Origin: Balanoglossus misakiensis
Lineage: Eukaryota > Animalia > Hemichordata
Length of the DNA: 64,000 bases
Direction of reading: 5' to 3'
Assembly (NCBI GenBank): GCA_040954595.2
Contig: CM082578.2
Span: 14,616,998-14,680,997, forward strand
Shown: in pieces, positions 1 to 15,000 of the stretch
Layout: every line of letters begins with the position of its first letter
Numbering within the stretch: position 1 is the stretch's first letter
Made by a program: the position numbers and the translations under genes
The notes under the pieces: model-generated
Told to the model about the DNA's origin: nothing
Databases searched by the model: none
Seen by the model: the letters and a program-made list of their open reading frames with translations, nothing else

Positions 1-3000
1 GGGGGATTATTCGACTATCCAAACTTCGAAATTTTGGCCGAATTTTGAAGAAATCATGGGTTATAGCTCATGAAAATCGTCAGAAATCGCCGATTTTTCG
101 ACTTTTCCAAACTTCGAAATTTGGCCGATTTTTGAAGAAATCATGGGTGCTCATGAAAATCGTCAGAAATCGCCGATTTTTCGACTTTTCCAAACTTCGA
201 AATTTGGCCGATTTTTGAAGAAATCATGGGTTATAGCTCATGAAAATCGTCAGAAATCGCCGATTTTTCGACTTTTCCAAACTTCGAAATTTGGCCGATT
301 TTTGAAGAAATCATGGGTTATAGCTCATGAAAATCGTCAGAAATCGCCGATTTTTCGACTTTTCCAAACTTCGAAATTTGGCCGATTTTTGAAGAAATCA
401 TGGGTTATAGCTCATGAAAATCGTCAGAAATCGCCGATTTTTCGACTTTTCCAAACTTCGAAATTTGGCCGATTTTTGAAGAAATCATGGGTTATAGCTC
501 ATGAAAATCGTCAGAAATCGCCGATTTTTCGACTTTTCCAAACTTCGAAATTTGGCCGATTTTTGAAGAAATCATGGGTTATAGCTCATGAAAATCGTCA
601 GAAATCGCCGATTTTTCGACTTTTCCAAACTTCGAAATTTGGCCGATTTTTGAAGAAATCATGGGTTATAGCTCATGAAAATCGTCAGAAATCGCCGATT
701 TTTCGACTTTTCCAAACTTCGAAATTTGGCCGATTTTTGAAGAAATCATGGGTTATAGCTCATGAAAATCGTCAGAAATCGCCGATTTTTCGACTTTTCC
801 AAACTTCGAAATTTGGCCGATTTTTGAAGAAATCATGGGTTATAGCTCATGAAAATCGTCAGAAATCGCCGATTTTTCGACTTTTCCAAACTTCGAAATT
901 TGGCCGATTTTTGAAGAAATCATGGGTTATAGCTCATGAAAATCGTCAGAAATCGCCGATTTTTCGACTTTTCCAAACTTCGAAATTTGGCCGATTTTTG
1001 AAGAAATCATGGGTTATAGCTCATGAAAATCGTCAGAAATCGCCGATTTTTCGACTTTTCCAAACTTCGAAATTTGGCCGATTTTTGAAGAAATCATGGG
1101 TTATAGCTCATGAAAATCGTCAGAAATCGCCGATTTTTCGACTTTTCCAAACTTCGAATTCCGATTTCTTCAAAAATCGCCAAATTTCGAATTTTGGAAA
1201 AGTCGGAAAATCGGCCGATTTTTGAAGAAATCATGAGATATAACCCATGAAATTCTTCAAAATCGCTTTCGAAATTTCGAATTTTGGAAAACTTCGAAAT
1301 TCGGCCGATTTTCTGACGATTTTCATGAGCTATAACCCATGATTTCTTCAAAATCGCCAAATTTCGAAGTTTGGAAAAGTCGAAAAATCGGCGATTTCTG
1401 ACGATTTTCATGAGCTATAACCCATGATTTCTTCAAAAATCGGCCAAATTTCGAAGTTTGGAAAAGTCGAAAATCGGCGATTTCTGACGATTTTCATGAG
1501 CTATAACCCATGATTTCTTCAAAAATCGGCCAAATTTCGAAGTTTGGAAAAGTCGAAAAATCGGCGATTTCTGACGATTTTCATGAGCTATAACCCATGA
1601 TTTCTTCAAAAATCGGCCAAATTTCGAAGTTTGGAAAAGTCGAAAAATCGGCGATTTCTGACGATTTTCATGAGCTATAACCCATGATTTCTTCAAAAAT
1701 CGGCCAAATTTCGAAGTTTGGAAAAGTCGAAAAATCGGCGATTTCTGACGATTTTCATGAGCTATAACCCATGATTTCTTCAAAAATCGGCCAAATTTCG
1801 AAGTTTGGAAAAGTCGAAAAATCGGCGATTTCTGACGATTTTCATGAGCTATAACCCATGATTTCTTCAAAAATCGGCCAAATTCGAAGTTTGGAAAAGT
1901 CGAAAAATCGGCGATTTCTGACGATTTTCATGAGCTATAACCCATGATTTCTTCAAAAATCGGCCAATCGTCAGAAATCGCCGATTTTCGACTTTTCCAA
2001 ACTTCGAAAATCGGCCGATTTTGAAGATTTTCATGAGCTATAACTCATGAATTTCTTCAAAAATCGGCCAAATTTCGAAGTTTGCAAAAGTCGAAAAATC
2101 GGCGATTTCTGAAGATTTTCATGAGCTATAGCCCATGAAATCGTCAGAAATCGCCGATTTTTCGACTTTTCCAAACTTCGAAATTTGGCCGATTTTTGAA
2201 GAAATCATGGTTATAGCTCATGAAATCGGCCAATCGTCAGAAATCGCCGATTTTTCGACTTTTCCAAACTTCGAAATTTGGCCGATTTTTGAAGAAATCA
2301 TGGGTTATAGCTCATGAAAATCGTCAGAAATCGCCGATTTTTCGACTTTTCCAAACTTCGAAATTTGGCCGATTTTTGAAGAAATCATGGGTTATAGCTC
2401 ATGAAAATCGTCAGAAATCGCCGATTTTTCGACTTTTCCAAACTTCGAAATTTGGCCGATTTTTGAAGAAATCATGGGTTATAGCTCATGAAAATCGTCA
2501 GAAATCGCCGATTTTTCGACTTTTCCAAACTTCGAAATTTGGCCGATTTTTGAAGAAATCATGGGTTATAGCTCATGAAAATCGTCAGAAATCGCCGATT
2601 TTTCGACTTTTCCAAACTTCGAAATTTGGCCGATTTTTGAAGAAATCATGGGTTATAGCTCATGAAAATCGTCAGAAATCGCCGATTTTTCGACTTTTCC
2701 AAACTTCGAAATTTGGCCGATTTTTGAAGAAATCATGGGTTATAGCTCATGAAAATCGTCAGAAATCGCCGATTTTTCGACTTTTCCAAACTTCGAAATT
2801 TGGCCGATTTTTGAAGAAATCATGGGTTATAGCTCATGAAAATCGTCAGAAATCGCCGATTTTTCGACTTTTCCAAACTTCGAAATTTGGCCGATTTTTG
2901 AAGAAATCATGGGTTATAGCTCATGAAAATCGTCAGAAATCGCCGATTTTTCGACTTTTCCAAACTTCGAAATTTGGCCGATTTTTGAAGAAATCATGGG

Positions 3001-6000
3001 TTATAGCTCATGAAAATCGTCAGAAATCGCCGATTTTTCGACTTTTCCAAACTTCGAAATTTGGCCGATTTTTGAAGAAATCATGGGTTATAGCTCATGA
3101 AAATCGTCAGAAATCGCCGATTTTTCGACTTTTCCAAACGATTTTCATGAGCTATAACCCATGATTTCTTCAAAAATCGGCCAAATTTCGAAGTTTGGAA
3201 AAGTCGGAAAATCGGCGATTTCTGACGATTTTCATGAGCTATAACCCATGATTTCTTCAAAAATCGGCCAAATTTCGAAGTTTGGAAAAGTCGAAAAATC
3301 GGCGATTTCTGACGATTTTCATGAGCTATAACCCATGATTTCTTCAAAAATCGGCCAAATTTCGAAGTTTGGAAAAGTCGAAAATCGGCGATTTCTGACG
3401 ATTTTCATGAGCTATAACCCATGATTTCTTCAAAAATCGGCCAAATTTCGAAGTTTGGAAAAGTCGAAAAATCGGCGATTTCTGACGATTTTCATGAGCT
3501 ATAACCCATGATTTCTTCAAAAATCGGCCAAATTTCGAAGTTTGGAAAAGTCGAAAAATCGGCGATTTCTGACGATTTTCATGAGCTATAACCCATGATT
3601 TCTTCAAAAATCGGCCAAATTTCGAAGTTTGGAAAAGTCGAAAAATCGGCGATTTCTGACGATTTTCATGAGCTATAACCCATGATTTCTTCAAAAATCG
3701 GCCAAATTTCGAAGTTTGGAAAAGTCGAAAAATCGGCGATTTCTGACGATTTTCATGAGCTATAACCCATGATTTCTTCAAAAATCGGCCAAATTTCGAA
3801 GTTTGGAAAAGTCGAAAAATCGGCGATTTCTGACGATTTTCATGAGCTATAACCCATGATTTCTTCAAAAATCGGCCAAATTTCGAAGTTTGGAAAAGTC
3901 GAAAAATCGGCGATTTCTGACGATTTTCATGAGCTATAACCCATGATTTCTTCAAAAATCGGCCAAATTTCGAAGTTTGGAAAAGTCGAAAAATCGGCGA
4001 TTTCTGACGATTTTCATGAGCTATAACCCATGATTTCTTCAAAAATCGGCCAAATTTCGAAGTTTGGAAAAGTCGAAAAATCGGCGATTTCTGACGATTT
4101 TCATGAGCTATAACCCATGATTTCTTCAAAAATCGGCCAAATTTCGAAGTTTGGAAAAGTCGAAAAATCGGCGATTTCTGACGATTTTCATGAGCTATAA
4201 CCCATGATTTCTTCAAAAATCGGCCAAATTTCGAAGTTTGGAAAAGTCGAAAAATCGGCGATTTCTGACGATTTTCATGAGCTATAACCCATGATTTCTT
4301 CAAAAATCGGCCAAATTTCGAAGTTTGGAAAAGTCGAAAAATCGGCGATTTCTGACGATTTTCATGAGCTATAACCCATGATTTCTTCAAAAATCGGCCA
4401 AATTTCGAAGTTTGGAAAAGTCGAAAAATCGGCGATTTCTGACGATTTTCATGAGCTATAACCCATGATTTCTTCAAAAATCGGCCAAATTTCGAAGTTT
4501 GGAAAAGTCGAAAAATCGGCGATTTCTGACGATTTTCATGAGCTATAACCCATGATTTCTTCAAAAATCGGCCAAATTTCGAAGTTTGGAAAAGTCGAAA
4601 AATCGGCGATTTCTGACGATTTTCATGAGCTATAACCCATGATTTCTTCAAAAATCGGCCAAATTTAAAATCGGCCAAATTTCGAAGTTTGGAAAAGTCG
4701 AAAAATCGGCGATTTCTGACGATTTTCATGAGCTATAACCCATGATTTCTTCAAAAATCGGCCAAATTTCGAAGTTTGGAAAAGTCGAAAAATCGGCGAT
4801 TTCTGACGATTTTCATGAGCTATAACCCATGATTTCTTCAAAAATCGGCCAAATTTCGAAGTTTGGAAAAGTCGAAAAATCGGCGATTTCTGACGATTTT
4901 CATGAGCTATAACCCATGATTTCTTCAAAAATCGGCCAAATTTCGAAGTTTGGAAAAGTCGAAAAATCGGCGATTTCTGACGATTTTCATGAGCTATAAC
5001 CCATGATTTCTTCAAAAATCGGCCAAATTTCGAAGTTTGGAAAAGTCGAAAAATCGGCGATTTCTGACGATTTTCATGAGCTATAACCCATGATTTCTTC
5101 AAAAATCGGCCAAATTTCGAAGTTTGGAAAAGTCGAAAAATCGGCGATTTCTGACGATTTTCATGAGCTATAACCCATGATTTCTTCAAAAATCGGCCAA
5201 ATTTCGAAGTTTGGAAAAGTCGAAAAATCGGCGATTTCTGACGATTTTCATGAGCTATAACCCATGATTTCTTCAAAAATCGGCCAAATTTCGAAGTTTG
5301 GAAAAGTCGAAAAATCGGCGATTTCTGACGATTTTCATGAGCTATAAACCATGATTTCTTCAAAAATCGGCCAAATTTCGAAGTTTGGAAAAGTCGAAAA
5401 ATCGGCGATTTCTGACGATTTTCATGAGCTATAACCCATGATTTCTTCAAAAATCGGCCAAATTTCGAAGTTTGGAAAAGTCGAAAAATCGGCGATTTCT
5501 GACGATTTTCATGAGCTATAACCCATGATTTCTTCAAAAATCGGCCAAATTTCGAAGTTTGGAAAAGTCGAAAAATCGGCGATTTCTGACGATTTTCATG
5601 AGCTATAACCCATGATTTCTTCAAAAATCGGCCAAATTTCGAAGTTTGGAAAAGTCGAAAAATCGGCGATTTCTGACGATTTTCATGAGCTATAACCCAT
5701 GATTTCTTCAAAAATCGGCCCAAATTTCGAAGTTTGGAAAAGTCGAAAAATCGGCGATTTCTGACGATTTTCATGAGCTATAACCATGATTTCTTCAAAA
5801 ATCGGCCAAATTTCGAAGTTTGGAAAAGTCGAAAAATCGGCGATTTCTGACGATTTTCATGAGCTATAACCCATGATTTCTTCAAAAATCGGCCAAATTT
5901 CGAAGTTTGGAAAAGTCGAAAAATCGGCGATTTCTGACGATTTTCATGAGCTATAACCCATGATTTCTTCAAAAATCGGCCAAATTTCGAAGTTTGGAAA

Positions 6001-9000
6001 AGTCGAAAAATCGGCGATTTCTGACGATTGGCCGATTTTTGAAGAAATCATGGGTTATAGCTCATGAAAATCGTCAGAAATCGCCGATTTTTCGACTTTT
6101 CCAAACTTCGAAATTTGGCCGATTTTTGAAGAAATCATGGGTTATAGCTCATGAAAATCGTCAGAAATCGCCGATTTTTCGACTTTTCCAAACTTCGAAA
6201 TTTGGCCGATTTTTGAAGAAATCATGGGTTATAGCTCATGAAAATCGTCAGAAATCGCCGATTTTTCGACTTTTCCAAACTTCGAAATTTGGCCGATTTT
6301 TGAAGAAATCATGGGTTATAGCTCATGAAAATCGTCAGAAATCGCCGATTTTTCGACTTTTCCAAACTTCGAAATTTGGCCGATTTTTGAAGAAATCATG
6401 GGTTATAGCTCATGAAAATCGTCAGAAATCGCCGATTTTTCGACTTTTCCAAACTTCGAAATTTGGCCGATTTTTGAAGAAATCATGGGTTATAGCTCAT
6501 GAAAATCGTCAGAAATCGCCGATTTTCGACTTTTCCAAACTTCGAAATTTGGCCGATTTTTGAAGAAATCATGGGTTATAGCTCATGAAAATCGTCAGAA
6601 ATCGCCGATTTTTCGACTTTTCCAAACTTCGAAATTTGGCCGATTTTTGAAGAAATCATGGGTTATAGCTCATGAAAATCGTCAGAAATCGCCGATTTTT
6701 CGACTTTTCCAAACTTCGAAATTTGGCCGATTTTTGAAGAAATCATGGGTTATAGCTCATGAAAATCGTCAGAAATCGCCGATTTTTCGACTTTTCCAAA
6801 CTTCGAAATTTGGCCGATTTTTGAAGAAATCATGGGTTATAGCTCATGAAAATCGTCAGAAATCGCCGATTTTTCGACTTTTCCAAACTTCGAAATTTGG
6901 CCGATTTTTGAAGAAATCATGGGTTATAGCTCATGAAAATCGTCAGAAATCGCCGATTTTTCGACTTTTCCAAACTTCGAAATTTGGCCGATTTTTGAAG
7001 AAATCATGGGTTATAGCTCATGAAAATCGTCAGAAATCGCCGATTTTTCGACTTTTCCAAACTTCGAAATTTGGCCGATTTTTGAAGAAATCATGGGTTA
7101 TAGCTCATGAAAATCGTCAGAAATCGCCGATTTTTCGACTTTTCCAAACTTCGAAATTTGGCCGATTTTTGAAGAAATCATGGGTTATAGCTCATGAAAA
7201 TCGTCAGAAATCGCCGATTTTTCGACTTTTCCAAACTTCGAAATTTGGCCGATTTTTGAAGAAATCATGGGTTATAGCTCATGAAAATCGTCAGAAATCG
7301 CCGATTTTTCGACTTTTCCAAACTTCGAAATTTGGCCGATTTTTGAAGAAATCATGGGTTATAGCTCATGAAAATCGTCAGAAATCGCCGATTTTTCGAC
7401 TTTTCCAAACTTCGAAATTTGGCCGATTTTTGAAGAAATCATGGGTTATAGCTCATGAAAATCGTCAGAAATCGCCGATTTTTCGACTTTTCCAAACTTC
7501 GAAATTTGGCCGATTTTTGAAGAAATCATGGGTTATAGCTCATGAAAATCGTCAGAAATCGCCGATTTTTCGACTTTTCCAAACTTCGAAATTTGGCCGA
7601 TTTTTGAAGAAATCATGGGTTATAGCTCATGAAAATCGTCAGAAATCGCCGATTTTTCGACTTTTCCAAACTTCGAAATTTGGCCGATTTTTGAAGAAAT
7701 CATGGGTTATAGCTCATGAAAATCGTCAGAAATCGCCGATTTTTCGACTTTTCCAAACTTCGAAATTTGGCCGATTTTTGAAGAAATCATGGGTTATAGC
7801 TCATGAAAATCGTCAGAAATCGCCGATTTTTCGACTTTTCCAAACTTCGAAATTTGGCCGATTTTTGAAGAAATCATGGGTTATAGCTCATGAAAATCGT
7901 CAGAAATCGCCGATTTTCCGACTTTTCCAAACTTCGAAATTTGGCCGATTTTTGAAGAAATCATGGGTTATAGCTCATGAAATCGTCAGAAATCGCCGAT
8001 TTTTCGACTTTTCCAAACTTCGAAATTTGGCCGATTTTTGAAGAAATCATGGGTTATAGCTCATGAAAATCGTCAGAAATCGCCGATTTTTCGACTTTTC
8101 CAAACTTCGAAATTTGGCCGATTTTTGAAGAAATCATGGGTTATAGCTCATGAAAATCGTCAGAAATCGCCGATTTTTCGACTTTTCCAAACTTCGAAAT
8201 TTGGCCGATTTTTGAAGAAATCATGGGTTATAGCTCATGAAAATCGTCAGAAATCGCCGATTTTTCGACTTTTCCAAACTTCGAAATTTGGCCGATTTTT
8301 GAAGAAATCATGGGTTATAGCTCATGAAAATCGTCAGAAATCGCCGATTTTTCGACTTTTCCAAACTTCGAAATTTGGCCGATTTTTGAAGAAATCATGG
8401 GTTATAGCTCATGAAAATCGTCAGAAATCGCCGATTTTTCGACTTTTCCAAACTTCGAAATTTGGCCGATTTTTGAAGAAATCATGGGTTATAGCTCATG
8501 AAAATCGTCAGAAATCGCCGATTTTTCGACTTTTCCAAACTTCGAAATTTGGCCGATTTTTGAAGAAATCATGGGTTATAGCTCATGAAAATCGTCAGAA
8601 ATCGCCGATTTTTCGACTTTTCCAAACTTCGAAATTTGGCCGATTTTTGAAGAAATCATGGGTTATAGCTCATGAAAATCGTCAGAAATCGCCGATTTTT
8701 CGACTTTTCCAAACTTCGAAATTTGGCCGATTTTTGAAGAAATCATGGGTTATAGCTCATGAAAATCGTCAGAAATCGCCGATTTTTCGACTTTTCCAAA
8801 CTTCGAAATTTGGCCGATTTTTGAAGAAATCATGGGTTATAGCTCATGAAAATCGTCAGAAATCGCCGATTTTTCGACTTTTCCAAACTTCGAAGTTTGG
8901 CCGATTTTTGAAGAAATCATGGGTTATAGCTCATGAAAATCGTCAGAAATCGCCGATTTTTCGACTTTTCCAAACTTCGAAATTTGGCCGATTTTTGAAG

Positions 9001-12000
9001 AAATCATGGGTTATAGCTCATGAAAATCGTCAGAAATCGCCGATTTTTCGACTTTTCCAAACTTCGAAGTTTGGCCGATTTTTGAAGAAATCATGGGTTA
9101 TAGCTCATGAAAATCGACAGAAATCGCCGATTTTTCGACTTTTCCAAACTTCGAAATTTGGCCGATTTTTGAAGAAATCATGGGTTACTTCAAAAATCGG
9201 CCAAATTTCGAAGTTTGGAAAAGTCGAAAAATCGGCGATTTCTGACGATTTTCATGAGCTATAACCCATGATTTCTTCAAAAATCGGCCAAATTTCGAAG
9301 TTTGGAAAAGTCGAAAAATCGGCGATTTCTGACGATTTTCATGAGCTATAACCCATGATTTCTTCAAAAATCGGCCAAATTTCGAAGTTTGGAAAAGTCG
9401 AAAAATCGGCGATTTCTGACGATTTTCATGAGCTATAACCCATGATTTCTTCAAAAATCGGCCAAATTTCGAAGTTTGGAAAAGTCGAAAAATCGGCGAT
9501 TTCTGACGATTTTCATGAGCTATAACCCATGATTTCTTCAAAAATCGGCCAAATTTCGAAGTTTGGAAAAGTCGAAAAATCGGCGATTTCTGACGATTTT
9601 CATGAGCTATAACCCATGATTTCTTCAAAAATCGGCCAAATTTCGAAGTTTGGAAAAGTCGAAAAATCGGCGATTTCTGACGATTTTCATGAGCTATAAC
9701 CCATGATTTCTTCAAAAATCGGCCAAATTTCGAAGTTTGGAAAAGTCGAAAAATCGGCGATTTCTGACGATTTTCATGAGCTATAACCCATGATTTCTTC
9801 AAAAATCGGCCAAATTTCGAAGTTTGGAAAAGTCGAAAAATCGGCGATTTCTGACGATTTTCATGAGCTATAACCCATGATTTCTTCAAAAATCGGCCAA
9901 ATTTCGAAGTTTGGAAAAGTCGAAAAATCGGCGATTTCTGACGATTTTCATGAGCTATAACCCATGATTTCTTCAAAAATCGGCCAAATTTCGAAGTTTG
10001 GAAAAGTCGAAAAATCGGCGATTTCTGACGATTTTCATGAGCTATAACCCATGATTTCTTCAAAAATCCGCCAAATTTCGAAGTTTGGAAAAGTCGAAAA
10101 ATCGGCGATTTCTGACGATTTTCATGAGCTATAACCCATGATTTCTTCAAAAATCGGCCAAATTTCGAAGTTTGGAAAAGTCGAAAAATCGGCGATTTCT
10201 GACGATTTTCATGAGCTATAACCCATGATTTCTTCAAAAATCGGCCAAATTTCGAAGTTTGGAAAAGTCGAAAAATCGGCGATTTCTGACGATTTTCATG
10301 AGCTATAACCCATGATTTCTTCAAAAATCGGCCAAATTTCGAAGTTTGGAAAAGTCGAAAAATCGGCGATTTCTGACGATTTTCATGAGCTATAACCCAT
10401 GATTTCTTCAAAAATCGGCCAAATTTCGAAGTTTGGAAAAGTCGAAAAATCGGCGATTTCTGACGATTTTCATGAGCTATAACCCATGATTTCTTCAAAA
10501 ATCGGCCAAATTTCGAAGTTTGGAAAAGTCGAAAAATCGGCGATTTCTGACGATTTTCATGAGCTATAACCCATGATTTCTTCAAAAATCGGCCAAATTT
10601 CGAAGTTTGGAAAAGTCGAAAAATCGGCGATTTCTGACGATTTTCATGAGCTATAACCCATGATTTCTTCAAAAATCGGCCAAATTTCGAAGTTTGGAAA
10701 AGTCGAAAAATCGGCGATTTCTGACGATTTTCATGAGCTATAACCCATGATTTCTTCAAAAATCGGCCAAATTTCGAAGTTTGGAAAAGTCGAAAAATCG
10801 GCGATTTCTGACGATTTTCATGAGCTATAACCCATGATTTCTTCAAAAATCGGCCAAATTTCGAAGTTTGGAAAAGTCGAAAAATCGGCGATTTCTGACG
10901 ATTTTCATGAGCTATAACCCATGATTTCTTCAAAAATCGGCCAAATTTCGAAGTTTGGAAAAGTCGAAAAATCGGCGATTTCTGACGATTTTCATGAGCT
11001 ATAACCCATGATTTCTTCAAAAATCGGCCAAATTTCGAAGTTTGGAAAAGTCGAAAAATCGGCGATTTCTGACGATTTTCATGAGCTATATATAGACCCA
11101 TGATTACTTCAAAAATCGGCCAAATTTCGAAGTTTGGAAAAGTCGAAAAATCGGCGATTTCTGACGATTTTCATGAGCTATATATAGACCCATGATTACT
11201 TCAAAAATCGGCCAAATTTCGAAGTTTGGAAAAGTCGAAAAATCGGCGATTTCTGACGATTTTCATGAGCTATAACCCATGATTTCTTCAAAAATCGGCC
11301 AAATTTCGAAGTTTGGAAAAGTCGAAAAATCGGCGATTTCTGACGATTTTCATGAGCTATAACCCATGATTTCTTCAAAAATCGGCCAAATTTCGAAGTT
11401 TGGAAAAGTCGAATAATCGGCGATTTCTGACGATTTTCATGAGCTATAACCCATGATTTCTTCAAAAATCGGCCAAATTTCGAAGTTTGGAAAAGTCGAA
11501 AAATCGGCGATTTCTGACGATTTTCATGAGCTATAACCCATGATTTCTTCAAAAATCGGCCAAATTTCGAAGTTTGGAAAAGTAAAAAAATCGGCGATTT
11601 CTGACGATTTTCATGAGCTATAACCCATGATTTCTTCAAAAATCGGCCAAATTTCGAAGTTTGGAAAAGTCGAAAAATCGGCGATTTCTGACGATTTTCA
11701 TGAGCTATAACCCATGATTTCTTCAAAAATCGGCCAAATTTCGAAGTTTGGAAAAGTCGAAAAATCGGCGATTTCTGACGATTTTCATGAGCTATAACCC
11801 ATGATTTCTTCAAAAATCGGCCAAATTTCGAAGTTTGGAAAAGTCGAAAAATCGGCGATTTCTGACGATTTTCATGAGCTATAACCCATGATTTCTTCAA
11901 AAATCGGCCAAATTTCGAAGTTTGGAAAAGTCGAAAAATCGGCGATTTCTGACGATTTTCATGAGCTATAACCCATGATTTCTTCAAAAATCGGCCAAAT

Positions 12001-15000
12001 TTCGAAGTTTGGAAAAGTCGAAAAATCGGCGATTTCTGACGATTTTCATGAGCTATAACCCATGATTTCTTCAAAAATCGGCCAAATTTCGAAGTTTGGA
12101 AAAGTCGAAAAATCGGCGATTTCTGACGATTTTCATGAGCTATAACCCATGATTTCTTCAAAAATCGGCCAAATTTCGAAGTTTGGAAAAGTCGAAAAAT
12201 CGGCGATTTCCGACGATTTTCATGAGCTATATATAGACCCATGATTACTTCAAAAATCGGCCAAATTTCGAAGTTTGGAAAAGTCGAAAAATCGGCGATT
12301 TCTGACGATTTTCATGAGCTATATATAGACCCATGATTACTTCAAAAATCGGCCAAATTTCGAAGTTTGGAAAAGTCGAAAAATCGGCGATTTCTGACGA
12401 TTTTCATGAGCTATAACCCATGATTTCTTCAAAAATCGGCCAAATTTCGAAGTTTGGAAAAGTCGAAAAATCGGCGATTTCTGACGATTTTCATGAGCTA
12501 TAACCCATGATTTCTTCAAAAATCGGCCAAATTTCGAAGTTTGGAAAAGTCGAATAATCGGCGATTTCTGACGATTTTCATGAGCTATAACCCATGATTT
12601 CTTCAAAAATCGGCCAAATTTCGAAGTTTGGAAAAGTCGAAAAATCGGCGATTTCTGACGATTTTCATGAGCTATAACCCATGATTTCTTCAAAAATCGG
12701 CCAAATTTCGAAGTTTGGAAAAGTCGAAAAATCGGCGATTTCTGACGATTTTCATGAGCTATAACCCATGATTTCTTCAAAAATCGGCCAAATTTCGAAG
12801 TTTGGAAAAGTCGAAAAATCGGCGATTTCTGACGATTTTCATGAGCTATAACCCATGATTTCTTCAAAAATCGGCCAAATTTCGAAGTTTGGAAAAGTCG
12901 AAAAATCGGCGATTTCTGACGATTTTCATGAGCTATAACCCATGATTTCTTCAAAAATCGGCCAAATTTCGAAGTTTGGAAAAGTCGAAAAATCGGCGAT
13001 TTCTGACGATTTTCATGAGCTATAACCCATGATTTCTTCAAAAATCGGCCAAATTTCGAAGTTTGGAAAAGTCGAAAAATCGGCGATTTCTGACGATTTT
13101 CATGAGCTATAACCCATGATTTCTTCAAAAATCGGCCAAATTTCGAAGTTTGGAAAAGTCGAAAAATCGGCGATTTCTGACGATTTTCATGAGCTATAAC
13201 CCATGATTTCTTCAAAAATCGGCCAAATTTCGAAGTTTGGAAAAGTCGAAAAATCGGCGATTTCTGACGATTTTCATGAGCTATAACCCATGATTTCTTC
13301 AAAAATCGGCCAAATTTCGAAGTTTGGAAAAGTCGAAAAATCGGCGATTTCTGACGATTTTCATGAGCTATAACCCATGATTTCTTCAAAAATCGGCCAA
13401 ATTTCGAAGTTTGGAAAAGTCGAAAAATCGGCGATTTCTGACGATTTTCATGAGCTATAACCCATGATTTCTTCAAAAATCGGCCAAATTTCGAAGTTTG
13501 GAAAAGTCGAAAAATCGGCGATTTCTGACGATTTTCATGAGCTATAACCCATGATTTCTTCAAAAATCGGCCAAATTTCGAAGTTTGGAAAAGTCGAAAA
13601 ATCGGCGATTTCTGACGATTTTCATGAGCTATAACCCATGATTACTTCAAAAATCGGCCAAATTTCGAAGTTTGGAAAAGTCGAAAAATCGGCGATTTCT
13701 GACGATTTTCATGAGCTATAACCCATGATTTCTTCAAAAATCGGCCAAATTTCGAAGTTTGGAAAAGTCGAAAAATCGGCGATTTCTGACGATTTTCATG
13801 AGCTATAACCCATGATTTCTTCAAAAATCGGCCAAATTTCGAAGTTTGGAAAAGTCGAATAATCGGCGATTTCTGACGATTTTCATGAGCTATAACCCAT
13901 GATTTCTTCAAAAATCGGCCAAATTTCGAAGTTTGGAAAAGTCGAAAAATCGGCGATTTCTGACGATTTTCATGAGCTATAACCCATGATTTCTTCAAAA
14001 ATCGGCCAAATTTCGAAGTTTGGAAAAGTCGAAAAATCGGCGATTTCTGACGATTTTCATGAGCTATAACCCATGATTTCTTCAAAAATCGGCCAAATTT
14101 CGAAGTTTGGAAAAGTCGAAAAATCGGCGATTTCTGACGATTTTCATGAGCTATAACCCATGATTTCTTCAAAAATCGGCCAAATTTCGAAGTTTGGAAA
14201 AGTCGAATAATCGGCGATTTCTGACGATTTTCATGAGCTATAACCCATGATTTCTTCAAAAATCGGCCAAATTTCGAAGTTTGGAAAAGTCGAAAAATCG
14301 GCGATTTCTGACGATTTTCATGAGCTATAACCCATGATTTCTTCAAAAATCGGCCAAATTTCGAAGTTTGGAAAAGTCGAAAAATCGGCGATTTCTGACG
14401 ATTTTCATGAGCTATAACCCATGATTTCTTCAAAAATCGGCCAAATTTCGAAGTTTGGAAAAGTCGAAAAATCGGCGATTTCTGACGATTTTCATGAGCT
14501 ATAACCCATGATTTCTTCAAAAATCGGCCAAATTTCGAAGTTTGGAAAAGTCGAAAAATCGGCGATTTCTGACGATTTTCATGAGCTATAACCCATGATT
14601 TCTTCAAAAATCGGCCAAATTTCGAAGTTTGGAAAAGTCGAAAAATCGGCGATTTCTGACGATTTTCATGAGCTATAACCCATGATTTCTTCAAAAATCG
14701 GCCAAATTTCGAAGTTTGGAAAAGTCGAAAAATCGGCGATTTCTGACGATTTTCATGAGCTATAACCCATGATTTCTTCAAAAATCGGCCAAATTTCGAA
14801 GTTTGGAAAAGTCGAAAAATCGGCGATTTCTGACGATTTTCATGAGCTATAACCCATGATTTCTTCAAAAATCGGCCAAATTTCGAAGTTTGGAAAAGTC
14901 GAAAAATCGGCGATTTCTGACGATTTTCATGAGCTATAACCCATGATTTCTTCAAAAATCGGCCAAATTTCGAAGTTTGGAAAAGTCGAAAAATCGGCGA

